NCBI GenBank assembly: GCA_050250375.1
Contig: JBFWOS010000001.1
Span: forward strand, 1,086,361 to 1,150,360
From: Candidatus Omnitrophota bacterium
Lineage (GTDB): Bacteria > Omnitrophota > Gorgyraeia > Zapsychrales > Zapsychraceae
Direction of reading: 5' to 3'
Length of the DNA: 64,000 bases
Shown: positions 29,744-39,219 of the stretch, in pieces
Layout of the letters: the number at the start of each line of letters is the position of its first letter
Position numbering within the stretch: the stretch's first letter is position 1
Program-made: the position numbers and the translations under genes
Notes under the pieces: model-generated
Databases searched by the model: none
What the model was told of the DNA's origin: nothing
The model's input: only the letters and a program-made list of their open reading frames with translations

Positions 29744-31636
29744 TTATTCAAAGGGTTTTCCCAATTCAAATCTGGACTTGAGATCATCATGATATATGCT
29801 TTTAGCCTGATAAAACATCTTTCGAGCCTTACCCTGATATCCCAATTCTTGATAAATAGAACCCAAACGATAGTAACTGCGGGCGTCATCTGGATTAATG
29901 TCCAGGGTTTTCTGAAAAAACTCTACAGCCAGTTCATTCTGCCCCATTGAGGAATAACATTGTCCGATTTGAAAATAGGCTCTATAGTGTTTTGGATCTA
30001 AGGTTATAACCTGATTGAAATGCCGGATCGCTTCGGTATAATTCTTTGTCCTCAAATTAATCATCCCTAAATAATATTGCGCCCGAAGATGATAACCAGA
30101 TGATTTGTCAACCTTCTGCAATTCTTCAAAAGCGGTTTTATCTAAATTATTATAATAGTTGATAACTCCCAGATAATAATGAATATATGGGGCATCCTCC
30201 TGGATCAAGGCGAGACTATACCGGTAATTCAATTCCTGGTTCTGGCTATAAAACAAATTATACGGATGTATAAAGTCCGGTTCGATTTCCATTGCCTTAA
30301 ACCATGCGTCCAGTGATGAATTAAAATCATTCTTCTGAATAAATAACCATCCCAGATAACTCAGTGTTTCAATGTCGTTCGGTGAGTTTCGCAATAATCT
30401 TTTAACCTCGGCAATAGCCGGATCAAACATTTTTTTGTCTTCGTACATTCTGGCCGCGATATAATCATCATCAACAAAAGCTGAAAACCGGCGCGGCGGA
30501 TAACCCAGCCGATCAATAGTCAGAATAAAAATAGCGGCATTTATAACCAGATAAAATCCGTAAACAAGAACAACGGATTTGCAAACCCGGGAACGCCTAA
30601 ATCCTTCTGACAACATTTTGGCTGTGAAACAAACCGCTGGAATCAATACAATCGCCGCCCACCAAAACTCCCCCCACTTTAAGCCTGGCAGACTAAAAAA
30701 ACTCAACACACTGAAAACGACCGCAAAAATAAAATATAAAAGTTTGTAAAAATCATTTTTTATAAATTTAACAGAATATACCGTTCCAACCAGTAGAATA
30801 ATCCCCGTCAGACCGTCAATAATTGCATCCTCCCAACTGATTCTTAACCGATAGTCGACTCCTTCCAGCCAGGATAATGGCGCGATCAAGAAGAAGTTTA
30901 GTGCCGTCCGGTTGGGGATCCAGGCCGGCTTCAAATACATCTCGGGATTAAAAATCAACTGAGAGCTGCCGTAAATCGTGACCCATAAAATCCAGGGTGA
31001 AATCGTAACAATAAAGAATAAAAATGTTAAATAAAACTCCTTTGTTCGAAACCACTCTCTTTTTTTATTATCCGTAAATAAGAATAAAATCAATGCCGCC
31101 GCTAAAAGCAGACTTACTCCTTTTGTCAGAAAGGCCAATCCGCCTAGCGGTCCCAACCACAAAAACAGCTTTCGGTCGTTAGTTTTCACCGCTTTATGAT
31201 AGATCCAGATGATCAGCGTCGTTAAAAACAGCAACAGGCTGTTATTTTCCGACTTTACAGAAACATGCATATGAAACTGATTGAACGCTAGTAAAAATAC
31301 GGCCCAAAGGGCTTCCTGTTTTCCAATTTCCAGAACAAGGACATAAAGGACAACCAGCGTCAGGATACCAAACAACAAATGAAAAAAACGGACACCTAAA
31401 TTGGATTCGCCCAAAAACAGTGTTCCTATCTTGGTGGCATAGACGCTCAACAGCGGATGTGTTTCATAAGGGTCCTCAGCAGGAAGATTCAAATGATCCG
31501 GATTAAACGAAATTGAACGCGCGATTAATATCCCCTTACGCTCATCTTCTGTAAAAGGCGCGTTGAGAAGCATAATGCGCAATAATGAACCGATGAAAAT
31601 AAACGCAGTTAAAGTTATGTAATGTCTTTTCATCAA
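29744..31636 (-). CDS. GT-C (ArnT/PMT-like) glycosyltransferase with C-terminal TPRs
   Basis: TEDE, THPLL, LFLGESNLGVRFF, TM bundle, multiple TPRs. Confidence 0.8.
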   Translation of the reverse strand: MMKRHYITLTAFIFIGSLLRIMLLNAPFTEDERKGILIARSISFNPDHLNLPAEDPYETHPLLSVYATKIGTLFLGESNLGVRFFHLLFGILTLVVLYVLVLEIGKQEALWAVFLLAFNQFHMHVSVKSENNSLLLFLTTLIIWIYHKAVKTNDRKLFLWLGPLGGLAFLTKGVSLLLAAALILFLFTDNKKREWFRTKEFYLTFLFFIVTISPWILWVTIYGSSQLIFNPEMYLKPAWIPNRTALNFFLIAPLSWLEGVDYRLRISWEDAIIDGLTGIILLVGTVYSVKFIKNDFYKLLYFIFAVVFSVLSFFSLPGLKWGEFWWAAIVLIPAVCFTAKMLSEGFRRSRVCKSVVLVYGFYLVINAAIFILTIDRLGYPPRRFSAFVDDDYIAARMYEDKKMFDPAIAEVKRLLRNSPNDIETLSYLGWLFIQKNDFNSSLDAWFKAMEIEPDFIHPYNLFYSQNQELNYRYSLALIQEDAPYIHYYLGVINYYNNLDKTAFEELQKVDKSSGYHLRAQYYLGMINLRTKNYTEAIRHFNQVITLDPKHYRAYFQIGQCYSSMGQNELAVEFFQKTLDINPDDARSYYRLGSIYQELGYQGKARKMFYQAKSIYHDDLKSRFELGKPFE

Positions 31637-33261
31637 TCGGAACTTGTCCTTTTAAAAATGTACACACCCTCATTATCTTTGGAAAATTGACGGATATGTT
31701 TAAACGTATGCCAGAACAGTTCCGGCCTTGTTAGATCATACCAATAGAGATTTATTTGTTTCACCGGCATAAAATCGATCCCCCGGGAAGAATAATTCTG
31801 CATTATTTGTTCGGCTTGATAAAGATAAATCCCAAAAGCAACGATATAGTCAGGAACTTCTTCCCCTTTGAAATGAATCCGGGGCAAGTCCTTAAATTGG
31901 GTGCTTTCTTTTTCGATTTGCCAGGCGTACAGCGGCTCCGGCGCATGATACATTAACGGGTATGCCGCATAATCCGGGGTCACCCACAGATTGTCCTGCG
32001 AAGAAATATTCTGACGAATCCATTGAGCCGTTTCCCAGTACGCGCTGGGGGGAGGATTTAGAATTTCCAAAATGTAATTAAAAATCGTTGACCGAATCGT
32101 GCCCCGGGCAATGACCTGACTAAAAATCGTTTTATCATCAATACCGGCTAGAGACCCCCCGTGTAAAATGTTCGTGAAAAATGACAGAACAATGATACTC
32201 AAAGCTATTAATTTTGAGTGAACCCGAATAAGATGCACGCTCAGTACAGTGATCAAAATCCCCAAAGGAATTAAAGGAACCAGATAACGGACAAACGCCA
32301 CCGACAATAAACTAATCGGTTGGGGAGACATAACCGAAACCACCAAAACATAAATAAAGAAAACCTGAAAACAGCGCCATAACCGCCTGTCTTTATGAAA
32401 AAGCGCTAAACCAGGCGCTAATAATCCGATAATTGCCCCCACACCTAATTCACAACGGTTAAAATCCCTCCAATTCCATAAAAACAAAAATCCTTTTTCA
32501 ATAATCCATGGCTTTCTGGGGACACCCCAAACATCAATCGATAAAGGATTATAAAAACTGACGAGGACTGCTCCTAATACCAATTGACTGGTTAAAAACA
32601 AAATTATTTGTTTTCTGTTCCACGGTTTTTCTTTATTTCCCCAGAAAAAATAATCGGCCGTTAAACCACCCACAACCCCGGCATAACATAGATAATTCGA
32701 ACATAACAACAAAAAAGAAAACAGGCTCAAAATAACGGTTGTTTTTGTACGGTTATCGCGAAAATGATAAAAATACGCCACAAGGACAGAAAACAACACG
32801 GCTGGGCCAAAGTAACGGCACTGGCGAAAAAACAGAAAAAATGAAACATTCGTCAAAAAACCTAAACACATAAGGATCCAGGTTATCTGCGGGGCCTGGC
32901 TGCGTCTCAACCAGAATAAGACAACCCCTAACGTCACTAATCCACAAAATGCAAATGGCATCCTGGCCGCTAATGCTGATCCCGGCGCCTGCCCCACAAA
33001 CGGCGCTGCCAGATAAAAAGATAATGGCGGGATAAACCGATTACGAAAATCTTTCAATTCTACCCCGGAATTATACGCGACAATATTTTGCCCGATCTTA
33101 GCGCTTGTATCACCGGTCCTCCAGACGGACTGGGCAAATAAAGCGGTCGTCGCCTCGTCATCCCATAAGGCGTATGATCCCAGGTTACAAAATAATAGAA
33201 ATGAGGCCGCCAAGAGAACAACAATACTCAGGAAGACTTGGGTTTGATTATTTGGAGGCAT
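31633..33261 (-). CDS. GT-C (ArnT/PMT-like) glycosyltransferase
   Basis: LWDDEA, PPLSFYL, ARMPFA, RQCRYF, RYLVPLIP. Confidence 0.8.
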   Translation of the reverse strand: MPPNNQTQVFLSIVVLLAASFLLFCNLGSYALWDDEATTALFAQSVWRTGDTSAKIGQNIVAYNSGVELKDFRNRFIPPLSFYLAAPFVGQAPGSALAARMPFAFCGLVTLGVVLFWLRRSQAPQITWILMCLGFLTNVSFFLFFRQCRYFGPAVLFSVLVAYFYHFRDNRTKTTVILSLFSFLLLCSNYLCYAGVVGGLTADYFFWGNKEKPWNRKQIILFLTSQLVLGAVLVSFYNPLSIDVWGVPRKPWIIEKGFLFLWNWRDFNRCELGVGAIIGLLAPGLALFHKDRRLWRCFQVFFIYVLVVSVMSPQPISLLSVAFVRYLVPLIPLGILITVLSVHLIRVHSKLIALSIIVLSFFTNILHGGSLAGIDDKTIFSQVIARGTIRSTIFNYILEILNPPPSAYWETAQWIRQNISSQDNLWVTPDYAAYPLMYHAPEPLYAWQIEKESTQFKDLPRIHFKGEEVPDYIVAFGIYLYQAEQIMQNYSSRGIDFMPVKQINLYWYDLTRPELFWHTFKHIRQFSKDNEGVYIFKRTSSD

Positions 33262-34780
33262 CAGTCACGGAATCCTTAGGTTCAAACACATAATGAACAT
33301 TTATCGTGTGATGATAATATGACAGCTCAAAACATGGAAATATATGGGTTTGCTTATAATATTGGTTAATTGCATCCTTAAACCGGGGTGTCCAGCGGTC
33401 GTACTCCATCCCCACCCCTGTCATGATGATTATTCCAAACCGATGGTTCTTCAGATCGTTAATTATTCGGCCTTCATCCCATTTTCCATCTAGGGCCAAC
33501 TGAGCCATGGAGAAGGACTGATAGACAGACTCTTTCCCGTTTTGAAGGGCATATCCCATATATTCAGATAACACTTCCCCGGATGAGTCGCGAATCAATT
33601 CAGTCATATCGTTTGAGGCCTGACGGTATTCCGCTGACGGCAGGGTAAAATCAATCCGTTTGTGAAGAATTAATAGTTGTATAATGAGTAACATGAAAAA
33701 AAATAAACCCAGCAGATGGGCTTCCCATTTTAGAGCTCCCCTCTCGAACCGGCTTAAAAGTAAACCTGTCAACACGCAATTTGCGGCCCAGAACTCCAAA
33801 AAGTAATTTATGGATGCCCCCAATTTCCCCGCGGTTATTGTGACCAGCAGCGAAAACAACCAAAAGAACTCGGGAACAGACATTTCCCTTTTCTTAAAAG
33901 CGATAACGACTGACAAGGCCGATATCCCCGTCAAAACCCAATGTGTATTCCAGAACTCTTTAAACCATTTGAAAAAATCACTCAGCTCAAACGAACTCAT
34001 CGTATAAAATACAGTGTGCCGGATAAACTCTCCATGGGTAACACAATTAAGCGCAAAGAGAACCCCGGCCGTTATCCCAAAGAACAAAAGCAGAAATAAT
34101 TTAAAATACTCTACGTTTCGTTTCCTATCTTGTCCCTTTATAATGTTCCATCCGTACCAAGCCGCACAAGCTACCGGTGCGGCAATCATACTTTGACGTG
34201 AATATAACGCGGCGCTAAAGCATAATACGGATAAAAAAATCGCAACAAAATCCTTAGGCTGATCTTGATTTGTGACAAGACTAATCCCGGCCAGGACAAA
34301 CATCAAAGCAAACACATCAATCCGGCAAAGGACTGACCAACAGATCAACCAGCTGGACGTAAAAAAGATTAAACCGGCAATCAGAGCCGACACCTGCTGC
34401 CGGGTGACATTGTTAACAATCTTATAGATAAAATAACCGGACAAGACAGCGGCCCCGACCGAAAGCATTCGTCCCAGCATAATTTTCGGGCCAAAAACCT
34501 TAATCAGACCTGCCAGGATAAATTCGAAGAACGGCGTATAGTTCATGACGAAATACGGCTCCCGGTCAATGGGAGAATATATATTTTCTCCCTTTGACAA
34601 CAACCAGGCCCGATTAATGATCAACCCTTCCCCGACATCAAGATCATACGGATAGACGATCAAATTAAATGCATAGGCCGCATAGTTCAGGAAGTTATAC
34701 ACCAGAACAGCCGCCATAACCCATAAAAAAATTCTGACTATCCAGTTTTCCTGAGAAGGTGTTTTGGGTAATTGAGACAT
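33248..34780 (-). CDS. GT-C (ArnT-like) glycosyltransferase
   Basis: DVGEG, NYTPFF, GRMLS, CRID, SRQS; start moved to MSQLP to remove an 80-nt overlap. Confidence 0.72.
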   Translation of the reverse strand: MSQLPKTPSQENWIVRIFLWVMAAVLVYNFLNYAAYAFNLIVYPYDLDVGEGLIINRAWLLSKGENIYSPIDREPYFVMNYTPFFEFILAGLIKVFGPKIMLGRMLSVGAAVLSGYFIYKIVNNVTRQQVSALIAGLIFFTSSWLICWSVLCRIDVFALMFVLAGISLVTNQDQPKDFVAIFLSVLCFSAALYSRQSMIAAPVACAAWYGWNIIKGQDRKRNVEYFKLFLLLFFGITAGVLFALNCVTHGEFIRHTVFYTMSSFELSDFFKWFKEFWNTHWVLTGISALSVVIAFKKREMSVPEFFWLFSLLVTITAGKLGASINYFLEFWAANCVLTGLLLSRFERGALKWEAHLLGLFFFMLLIIQLLILHKRIDFTLPSAEYRQASNDMTELIRDSSGEVLSEYMGYALQNGKESVYQSFSMAQLALDGKWDEGRIINDLKNHRFGIIIMTGVGMEYDRWTPRFKDAINQYYKQTHIFPCFELSYYHHTINVHYVFEPKDSVTDASK

Positions 34781-34824
34781 TCTAGTTTGATTTCCTGATT
34801 TAAACTCAATCCTACCAGACAATA

Positions 34825-36630
34825 TTAATTCTGCTCTTGAAGAATCTCGGGTTTGCTTAAAAAGGGAACCGCTTGATTTTTGACTAAATTTATTACTGCC
34901 AAACAAATGGTCAATGCCGTGACGATTAATCCGATTATAAAAGTTTCAGGAAGATAGTATAATCTGATCTGATAAGTCCCGGGCGGCAACAGGACGGAAA
35001 TCAACCCATGGATTTCTGTTACTGGTGTTTTCTTACCAGCAACCTCCGCCTTCCATCCCTGATGATAATTTTGATTGATCATCAATAGATTCGCCTCATT
35101 CAAGTTAACCGAGAATCTTTGTTCGTTTGGTGAGAAATATTCTTGGTCAATTTCCCCGTACGGTCGGTCCAAATAAAATTCTCCCCTGTAATCCGGTTCC
35201 CCCATCACTTTCACATCTCCCTGCTTAAGTTGCATTACTTCGTAAGCCTCAATTATCCCGCCGTTACTAAGAAAAACGGGATATATTGAACTGTTCACCA
35301 AATAGTCCTCATAAAACAAAACTTCCCTGTATCTCTGAGCAAATATAATATTTTCCCGAAGCTGTACAGATTCAACTCTAAACGCATTCTGAAACACCGA
35401 AGAGTTTGATTCGTATAAATCATATGTAACCAACATAAAAAGAGCCATCGGTATAACAAATAAATAATTCTTATGTTGATTACTTTTCTTTTGCATGTAT
35501 TGGTCAAATGCATAAAACGTCATCCCGGCAATAATCGAAAGATAGAAAATAAACCCAAGGATAAACCTGGAGGGGACAGTCAAAGAATCATACACTGGAA
35601 ATTTGTGAAGCATGGACCAAAGGTTTAACAATGGCGAATTACCCATCGCAATGATGAACGTGATCAGACCAGAACAAATCAACGGCCATTGCTTTTCGAA
35701 AAACTTTATAGTCCCCCACATACATAAAATTAACGGAATATATCCGACGTAAGCCCCGTATTCATGCCATTCGTAAACCAATCCCATCCTGTAACCATCC
35801 AGCCAATTCATCATATCCAATATGCTTTGGTCAGGATTCAATAGCATATGAAACAACACGTTTATCGAAACGGCGCTGTCATCAGACATCACCCGCGGAT
35901 TATGTCCAATGAAATCCAACATCGGGATCAATTTAACGGCACAAAAGAGAAATGTCCCGGCAAGAATGACGCCCAATGATTTAACCGGGAACCATTGCCG
36001 CATCTGGATGGACTTTAAAAAAGCAAACAGAACTATAAAAACCATCATAATATTAAAAACATCCACACTTCCATTGAGCAGGATCAGGCTTAGAAAAATG
36101 ATTCCCCCCAAAATATTTTTTGATTCTTCTAAACTTTTTAAATAAAATAAAAAAAACCACGGGACAAACGCCATGGCCAGCCATTCTGTGTGCCCTTCTG
36201 TGAGATGCAGCGAGAACAAAGAAGAGCCCATAAAAATAAACGATGATAAATACCCTCCCATTCCCCGAACACCGAGATGTTTGGTCAAAATATACATTCC
36301 GCAGAAACCTAAAAAAAGATGCACAGTAATTTGTATTTTTAACCCCATGATCGGTCCAAAAAATAATACGAAGATGAAAAACGGAGAAAGAAACGGTGAA
36401 TGCGGATGGGCAAGCATAACATTCCCGCCATTCACATAAGGATTCCAGAGAGGAAATTGGTGATACGTTAAAATGGTTTTATGCGGAACCGCATTCCACA
36501 TAATAAATTGATCCCAGTCCTTCTGCCCGAACAGTTCGTTGTTTTCAAAAATGGAATGAGAAAAAATGATAGCAGCCAGTGCAAAAAGAAGCATCGTGAT
36601 GAAAAAATTATTTTTCATAAAGTTCAACAT
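34825..36630 (-). CDS. YfhO-like GT-C membrane protein
   Basis: KDWD, FPLWNPYVNGG, HLTEGH, VPSRF, C-terminal NQNYHQGWKA...LPPG...Y.P. Confidence 0.78.
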   Translation of the reverse strand: MLNFMKNNFFITMLLFALAAIIFSHSIFENNELFGQKDWDQFIMWNAVPHKTILTYHQFPLWNPYVNGGNVMLAHPHSPFLSPFFIFVLFFGPIMGLKIQITVHLFLGFCGMYILTKHLGVRGMGGYLSSFIFMGSSLFSLHLTEGHTEWLAMAFVPWFFLFYLKSLEESKNILGGIIFLSLILLNGSVDVFNIMMVFIVLFAFLKSIQMRQWFPVKSLGVILAGTFLFCAVKLIPMLDFIGHNPRVMSDDSAVSINVLFHMLLNPDQSILDMMNWLDGYRMGLVYEWHEYGAYVGYIPLILCMWGTIKFFEKQWPLICSGLITFIIAMGNSPLLNLWSMLHKFPVYDSLTVPSRFILGFIFYLSIIAGMTFYAFDQYMQKKSNQHKNYLFVIPMALFMLVTYDLYESNSSVFQNAFRVESVQLRENIIFAQRYREVLFYEDYLVNSSIYPVFLSNGGIIEAYEVMQLKQGDVKVMGEPDYRGEFYLDRPYGEIDQEYFSPNEQRFSVNLNEANLLMINQNYHQGWKAEVAGKKTPVTEIHGLISVLLPPGTYQIRLYYLPETFIIGLIVTALTICLAVINLVKNQAVPFLSKPEILQEQN

Positions 36631-38233
36631 ACACCCCGTCTTTTGTTTTTTTAAGGGTTTTCGTATAATGCATATCCATATAGCGCCTTACATTTTGTGA
36701 ATTTAATCCCAATATTTTGGATTCTACCCCATCATTATGCCAACTGGCAATAATCAACCATACCCGTTCAAAATTTTGATCAACGGTCGAATCATCCATG
36801 AGTAACATTGTTCCGTTCGGCAAAGGAACAAAGACTTGCATTTGATCGATTTTATCCTGAGGGATCATCCGCAACAAAGCGTTAATCTTTAAAAAACGAT
36901 TATCAAACCTCTGCATTAATTTCGGAAACATAAAAAACCGAAATTGTTCAAACGACAACGGTAGTTTTTCTCCTGAATGTTTTAACAAATATGAGAAAAC
37001 CATCACATACGCCTGGGTATCCGTAACGACTATCCGGTCTCCCTTTTTAAAATGATCTTTAACATAATCAAACTGCGACCAATAATTTTTTTTAGGGACG
37101 ACCCCTGTAAAATAAAGCGCACGGGCCGGATGGTCAAACATGTAATTCCTGTAATAATTATAAAGACAAGAAACCTGCAGAAGTAAAATACAAATGACCA
37201 CGAAGTTCTGGTCTTTTTTTGAAGTTATCCCCTCTATCCCTTTCGCGATCAGTAAAAAATAATATGGTGAGAAAATCAATAGTTGGCGGTTGATATATAA
37301 CGGAATAACTTTCAAAGATAAAAAATAAATTAAAATAATTGGAGCAACGCCCAAGAGTAAAATCAAAACCGCTTTTGTGCGGGATTCGTTAAAACACACG
37401 TAAAACCCCCAGAAAAACAGAATAAGAAATATCACCAGACCAATGCTATATTGAATAATTCCAGCCGAATATCCGAGGCTGAAAATCATCCAGGTGAACA
37501 AAAACATGCCGGGTGTAGGCGAAGGCAGCCAGAAGTCTTCCTTGACAAAACTGACCTGACTGCTAAAAACAGGAAGATAAAAAGAACTGACTGCGGCCAT
37601 GATGACCATCGCCAAAAACCATTTTTTCATTTTTGGTTTATTGTCCTTAAAATTCATGGCCACGACAAATATACTTAACAAAAAAACAGCATAATATGTA
37701 GCAAACAACGATAAAACACCCAATATGGAAAATCCGATCCAATATCGCCATTGATCTGTGTTCAAGGCACGAATGAACAAATAGACCATAGACAAAGTCA
37801 AAAATACGGCCAAAGAGTACACCCTGGCTTCCTGGGCATACCATATATGGACGGGACTAATAGCCATTACCAGCAACGCATAAACGCTTACCTTTTGATT
37901 AAAAAACAATCTGGACAATTGATAAAAGACTCCCAATGCCAAAATACTAAACATGACAGATAGAATGCGCAGCGATTCCCCGTCCCCAAAAAATCGGCTG
38001 ACCTGATATATCAAACCATAATAAAGAGTTGAATGTGGATCATTATGAATACGATCTCTAAAAATAGTAGACCCGTTCAGATGTGATAATTGAGCCATCT
38101 TGTGAATATTATCATATGAGAACAAATCCGTTCCCAATTCATCAAACCATAGGTCATAGGCATATAGTCCATAAACTCTTACAATTATTGCACATATAAA
38201 AATAATTAAAATTATAAATTTTGGCTGACGCAT
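36608..38233 (-). CDS. GT-C (GT39/PMT-like) glycosyltransferase
   Basis: LWFDE, DPHSTLYY, LRILSV, WYAQEARVYSL; probable start MRQPK (track start 38284). Confidence 0.82.
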   Translation of the reverse strand: MRQPKFIILIIFICAIIVRVYGLYAYDLWFDELGTDLFSYDNIHKMAQLSHLNGSTIFRDRIHNDPHSTLYYGLIYQVSRFFGDGESLRILSVMFSILALGVFYQLSRLFFNQKVSVYALLVMAISPVHIWYAQEARVYSLAVFLTLSMVYLFIRALNTDQWRYWIGFSILGVLSLFATYYAVFLLSIFVVAMNFKDNKPKMKKWFLAMVIMAAVSSFYLPVFSSQVSFVKEDFWLPSPTPGMFLFTWMIFSLGYSAGIIQYSIGLVIFLILFFWGFYVCFNESRTKAVLILLLGVAPIILIYFLSLKVIPLYINRQLLIFSPYYFLLIAKGIEGITSKKDQNFVVICILLLQVSCLYNYYRNYMFDHPARALYFTGVVPKKNYWSQFDYVKDHFKKGDRIVVTDTQAYVMVFSYLLKHSGEKLPLSFEQFRFFMFPKLMQRFDNRFLKINALLRMIPQDKIDQMQVFVPLPNGTMLLMDDSTVDQNFERVWLIIASWHNDGVESKILGLNSQNVRRYMDMHYTKTLKKTKDGVYVELYEK

Positions 38234-38355
38234 CTTCAAAATAATATTTTTATTATTATTAATATTTATCAATGTAATATACACCAGAATGGAATTGAAT
38301 TGAACGAAATTCTAAAGAGTTATATGAAGAACATCAATCTTGTGCGGAAAAATGA

Positions 38356-38586
38356 TTATTGGTAGCAAATGCCGGAGAAAACCGAAGCACCACCGGGCGT
38401 ACTTCCTGTATTCACCCAATTCGTGGTTGTCCCGCCACAGGCGGTAGGCCCCAAAGATGTCGCCAGCGATAACGTCGCGCATTGGGCTTGCACATCTTTC
38501 GGTTCAGACAGGACAACATAGCCAAAAAGACTTACAAAGACCATATATATGATTAGCAGCGAATAAATTATTCTATCTTTGTTCAT
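38356..38586 (-). CDS. Small secreted Cys-containing peptide (paralog 3 of 3)
   Basis: 34-aa signal-like leader ending PKDVQA|Q; 42-aa core with 3 Cys; AGGGG RBS. Confidence 0.75.
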   Translation of the reverse strand: MNKDRIIYSLLIIYMVFVSLFGYVVLSEPKDVQAQCATLSLATSLGPTACGGTTTNWVNTGSTPGGASVFSGICYQ

Positions 38587-38601
38587 ATTAAAGCCCCTAG
38601 C

Positions 38602-38862
38602 TTAATTTTGAAAACATAAATATGCGTTAATCGGCACACCGTATGGTCCCGCAGTATATCCCATAATTTGTGGACCACTGGGCTGAGCCGTGCCCGGACA
38701 ACCTGGTATACATCCGGCACCTGTACAGGTTTCAATCGTTATTTGAAAACACGTAGTCTGGGCATTGACAATACTTGGTTTATATAAAACCGCATAAAGA
38801 AGCAAATAAACGAATACCATCGTCGTTGAAATGAACATATATATGGTTCGTTTTCTATTCAT
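38602..38862 (-). CDS. Small secreted Cys-containing peptide (paralog 2 of 3)
   Basis: 34-aa leader ending PSIVNA|Q; 52-aa core with 5 Cys. Confidence 0.78.
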   Translation of the reverse strand: MNRKRTIYMFISTTMVFVYLLLYAVLYKPSIVNAQTTCFQITIETCTGAGCIPGCPGTAQPSGPQIMGYTAGPYGVPINAYLCFQN

Positions 38863-38876
38863 AAAAAATAACCTTT

Positions 38877-39140
38877 TTATGGATTAAAGCATAAACCTGT
38901 TTTCATCTGTACTCCATATACACCAGGGGTGTATCCACTATTGACAATATCCGATGATAATAAACCGTTCAATGGACATATAGGTGTACACGTTGCTCCT
39001 ATGCATGTTGCTAGGGTGATTCTATAACACACCTGCGCTTCAACTTCTTTTGGTTTACTCAAAAAAGAATATAAAAAAGTATACGCCGCAACAATCATCA
39101 CTGGAATAAATAAATAGATCAAACGCCTTTTAGACATCAT
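38877..39140 (-). CDS. Small secreted Cys-containing peptide (paralog 1 of 3)
   Basis: 35-aa leader ending PKEVEA|Q; 52-aa core with 5 Cys; AGGAG RBS. Confidence 0.8.
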   Translation of the reverse strand: MMSKRRLIYLFIPVMIVAAYTFLYSFLSKPKEVEAQVCYRITLATCIGATCTPICPLNGLLSSDIVNSGYTPGVYGVQMKTGLCFNP

Positions 39141-39164
39141 CTTCTCCTGAAAAAACCTATCAAA

Positions 39165-39193
39165 ATTATATCATCCTGTATAAACTCTATCAA
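39165..39193 (-). promoter_or_regulatory. Sigma70-type promoter for the peptide trio
   Basis: TTGATA-17 nt-TATAAT with extended -10 TGn, 25 nt upstream of the start. Confidence 0.7.
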
Positions 39194-39219
39194 GCTCCGG
39201 AATCACATCATCAACCAAC

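Noticed and set aside
33248-34906. Long overlaps and N-terminal extensions in track ORFs (34906, 20152, 22886, 52151, 52854, 60022, 60585)
   Set aside because: Downstream starts with better RBS or context remove the overlaps; several extensions merely run through hairpin or repeat elements.
38356-39140. Confident call as classical sactipeptide/ranthipeptide/lanthipeptide precursors
   Set aside because: Leaders look like Sec signals, and no RRE, C39 peptidase-transporter or LanM/YcaO is seen; kept only as a hypothesis.
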